Shown here piece after piece: positions 62,272 through 64,000 of a stretch of 64,000 nucleotides of DNA; position 1 is the first letter of the stretch, and every line of letters starts with the position of its first letter. The notes beneath the pieces are model-generated. The model ran no database searches. It was not told where the DNA came from and saw only the letters and a program-made list of their open reading frames with translations. Origin of the DNA: Candidatus Latescibacterota bacterium (GTDB lineage Bacteria; Latescibacterota; UBA2968; UBA8231); assembly GCA_965223905.1 (NCBI GenBank), contig CBDCXV010000001.1, positions 1,120,001 to 1,184,000 of the forward strand. The letters are read 5' to 3'. The translations under genes and the position numbers were made by a program.

Positions 62272-63015
62272 ATGCCAGGTTTCATGTCATGGAAGGAAAT
62301 GAACTGGCTTCTGCCTGACTTTAATGAGACCGGGTTGATCTACCACGGAAGTCAGCCTGAAAATCTGGCTTCTATCTTCCAGAATGGCCTGATTCCCCAA
62401 TGCAATAGTCCCAGAGATGGGCACGAAACAATCTACAATGCACACTACCGGTACCGGCCCAAGTCCATTCCAGACTGGGTGGATCCGAGACGATGTATTT
62501 TTGGTTACATGAACCGGGCCAGACAAGGAGGCTGGGGCGGCATTGTGGATGGAATAGTCAATGGTGTAACCATTGGCATTAAAGCAGCAGATCATATCAC
62601 TGAGCGGACCTGGACAGCCTGCGTCCGGTTTTCAGATATGGTGGACTGCCCGGAGGAGGCAGGGTACTTCGATACGGAGGAGAGAAAAGCCTTTTTCAAG
62701 GACAGAATGGAACCGGTTTCGTGTAAAGCATACTGGGAGACCAGCCTCTCATTTCACGATAACTTGAAGATTCGCCTGGATCATTTGCTCCCGATGCAGG
62801 GATATCATGAGCTATTGATTTGTTCGGAGATTGATCCTGGGTTACTAAATCTTCGAGGGTTCAGAGTGCGGGGGGCAAATGGAACACGCGAGGTTGTCAG
62901 CAATGACCTGCCCGAGGTGTTTCTGAATGCCGAAGAAAAGCTTCGGAACAACATGCCAATTGTGGGGGAACTGAAGGCCGTCAGCGAATTCTGCGGCCGT
63001 GCCGCCAGCGCCTGA
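62272..63015 (+). CDS. Hypothetical protein, possible ADP-ribosyltransferase fold
   Basis: YHGS...NLASIFQNGLIP and distal ELLI. Confidence 0.6.
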   Translation: MPGFMSWKEMNWLLPDFNETGLIYHGSQPENLASIFQNGLIPQCNSPRDGHETIYNAHYRYRPKSIPDWVDPRRCIFGYMNRARQGGWGGIVDGIVNGVTIGIKAADHITERTWTACVRFSDMVDCPEEAGYFDTEERKAFFKDRMEPVSCKAYWETSLSFHDNLKIRLDHLLPMQGYHELLICSEIDPGLLNLRGFRVRGANGTREVVSNDLPEVFLNAEEKLRNNMPIVGELKAVSEFCGRAASA

Positions 63016-63206
63016 CAACAACGGTTTCCCTTTGAACTGCGGCGGTATTTGCACGGCCGGGCTCAAAGGTGCGTAACAACCCGGGGAGACCAGAGTCTGG
63101 TGACCGCACCCCTGAAAGAAATGCGGGCAGCTGTGGCGGCCATGAAAAACGCAGGTGGGTATTGGCCTGGAGCTGAACCCAACAACGCCAACGAGGAGTC
63201 CCGAGA

Positions 63207-63548
63207 ATGAAAGAGATTGCGCCCACACTTCCGGTATCGGATGTGGAGAAAGCTGTCGAGTTCTATCGGGACAAGTTGGCGTTCAGTGTCGGTTTCCAGA
63301 ATCATCCCGTCTTTGCTTTGGTTCGGCGCGGCGCTGTCAGTATCGGTTTGCAGCTTGCTTCGCAGCGACGGGCAGCCGGGACAGGAAGCTGCTACATCTG
63401 GGTGGATGATGTCAGGGAAATTTATAATGAGTTGTCCGCAAGAGGAGTTGAATTCGCAGATGACATCGCGTTTCGCGATGAATATGAAATGACCGACTTC
63501 GTCCTCCATGATCCGGATGGGAACCACATCGGGATTGGCGGTGACTGA
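63207..63548 (+). CDS. VOC/bleomycin-resistance family protein
   Basis: P.LPVSDVEKAVEFY...LAF, DPDGN. Confidence 0.88.
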   Translation: MKEIAPTLPVSDVEKAVEFYRDKLAFSVGFQNHPVFALVRRGAVSIGLQLASQRRAAGTGSCYIWVDDVREIYNELSARGVEFADDIAFRDEYEMTDFVLHDPDGNHIGIGGD

Positions 63549-63648
63549 GGGGGTCATGAATGCGAATCTGGCAGGTTCCATCGCCCTGACTCCACCTCTA
63601 AGGCCAATGGGGGTAAAAAGCGGACGTTCTTAGTGGAAGCTCGATTCC

Positions 63649-64000
63649 ATGGAACTGACCAGAGATGACATTGAAGCTGGCTTCCGTAATCTCGGCCTGA
63701 AGGAAGGCGAAACAGTTGAAGTTCATAGCTCATTGAGCAGCTTGGGCAATGTGCAAGGGGGAGCTGAAACTGTCGTGGATGCCTTGATGAGTGTCGTGGG
63801 CGAAAGTGGAGCGTTGGTGATGTCCAACTATCCGCTCACTCCCCCGATCCCTTTGACTTCCGAAGAGAAATCCAAGGGAATAGGTTGGAAACTCAGGATT
63901 CTATCCGAGGGCTCAGACGAAAGGACCGTGACCGGGGCCATTTCCGACGAGTTTCGCTTCAGAGCTGATGTTGTATGCGGTTCTGGGACCCGTCGTGTCT
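63649..64000 (+). CDS. AAC(3)/YokD family N-acetyltransferase, runs off the window
   Basis: Hand translation LGLKEGETVEVHSSLSSLGNVQGGAETVVDAL. Confidence 0.85.
   Translation, partial: MELTRDDIEAGFRNLGLKEGETVEVHSSLSSLGNVQGGAETVVDALMSVVGESGALVMSNYPLTPPIPLTSEEKSKGIGWKLRILSEGSDERTVTGAISDEFRFRADVVCGSGTRRV

Overview
High-GC bacterial chromosome segment. The gene content (futalosine menaquinone pathway, DGGGP-synthase-like UbiA, PhyH/TauD dioxygenases, secreted proteins ending in a 'SWGx(I/V)K' motif) suggests an FCB-group candidate phylum such as Latescibacterota; this is inference. Positions 1-51.4 kb are mostly housekeeping and sugar catabolism: ppk1, mqnB/mqnD, hisS, HU, an RND operon, clpP, mutM, a sulfatase maturase, hflX and glnD. 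They also carry a MITE-like element and a low-GC PLD/Zn-ribbon gene split by an ISKra4-type IS. An IS1380 element splits a PhyH gene at 52-53.7 kb. The most notable feature, from 55.1 kb to the end, is an integron-like cassette array. It has a divergent tyrosine recombinase that lacks the IntI-specific insertion, a Pc-like promoter, an attI-like site, and four clear plus one degenerate ~90-bp attC-like sites with cloverleaf structure and largely bulge-free stems. The sites bound NYN, secreted, TIR, Nif3 and methyltransferase cassettes, followed by further cassette-like genes (ART-like, VOC, AAC(3)-like). Several single-base frameshifts in accessory DNA may be sequencing indels.
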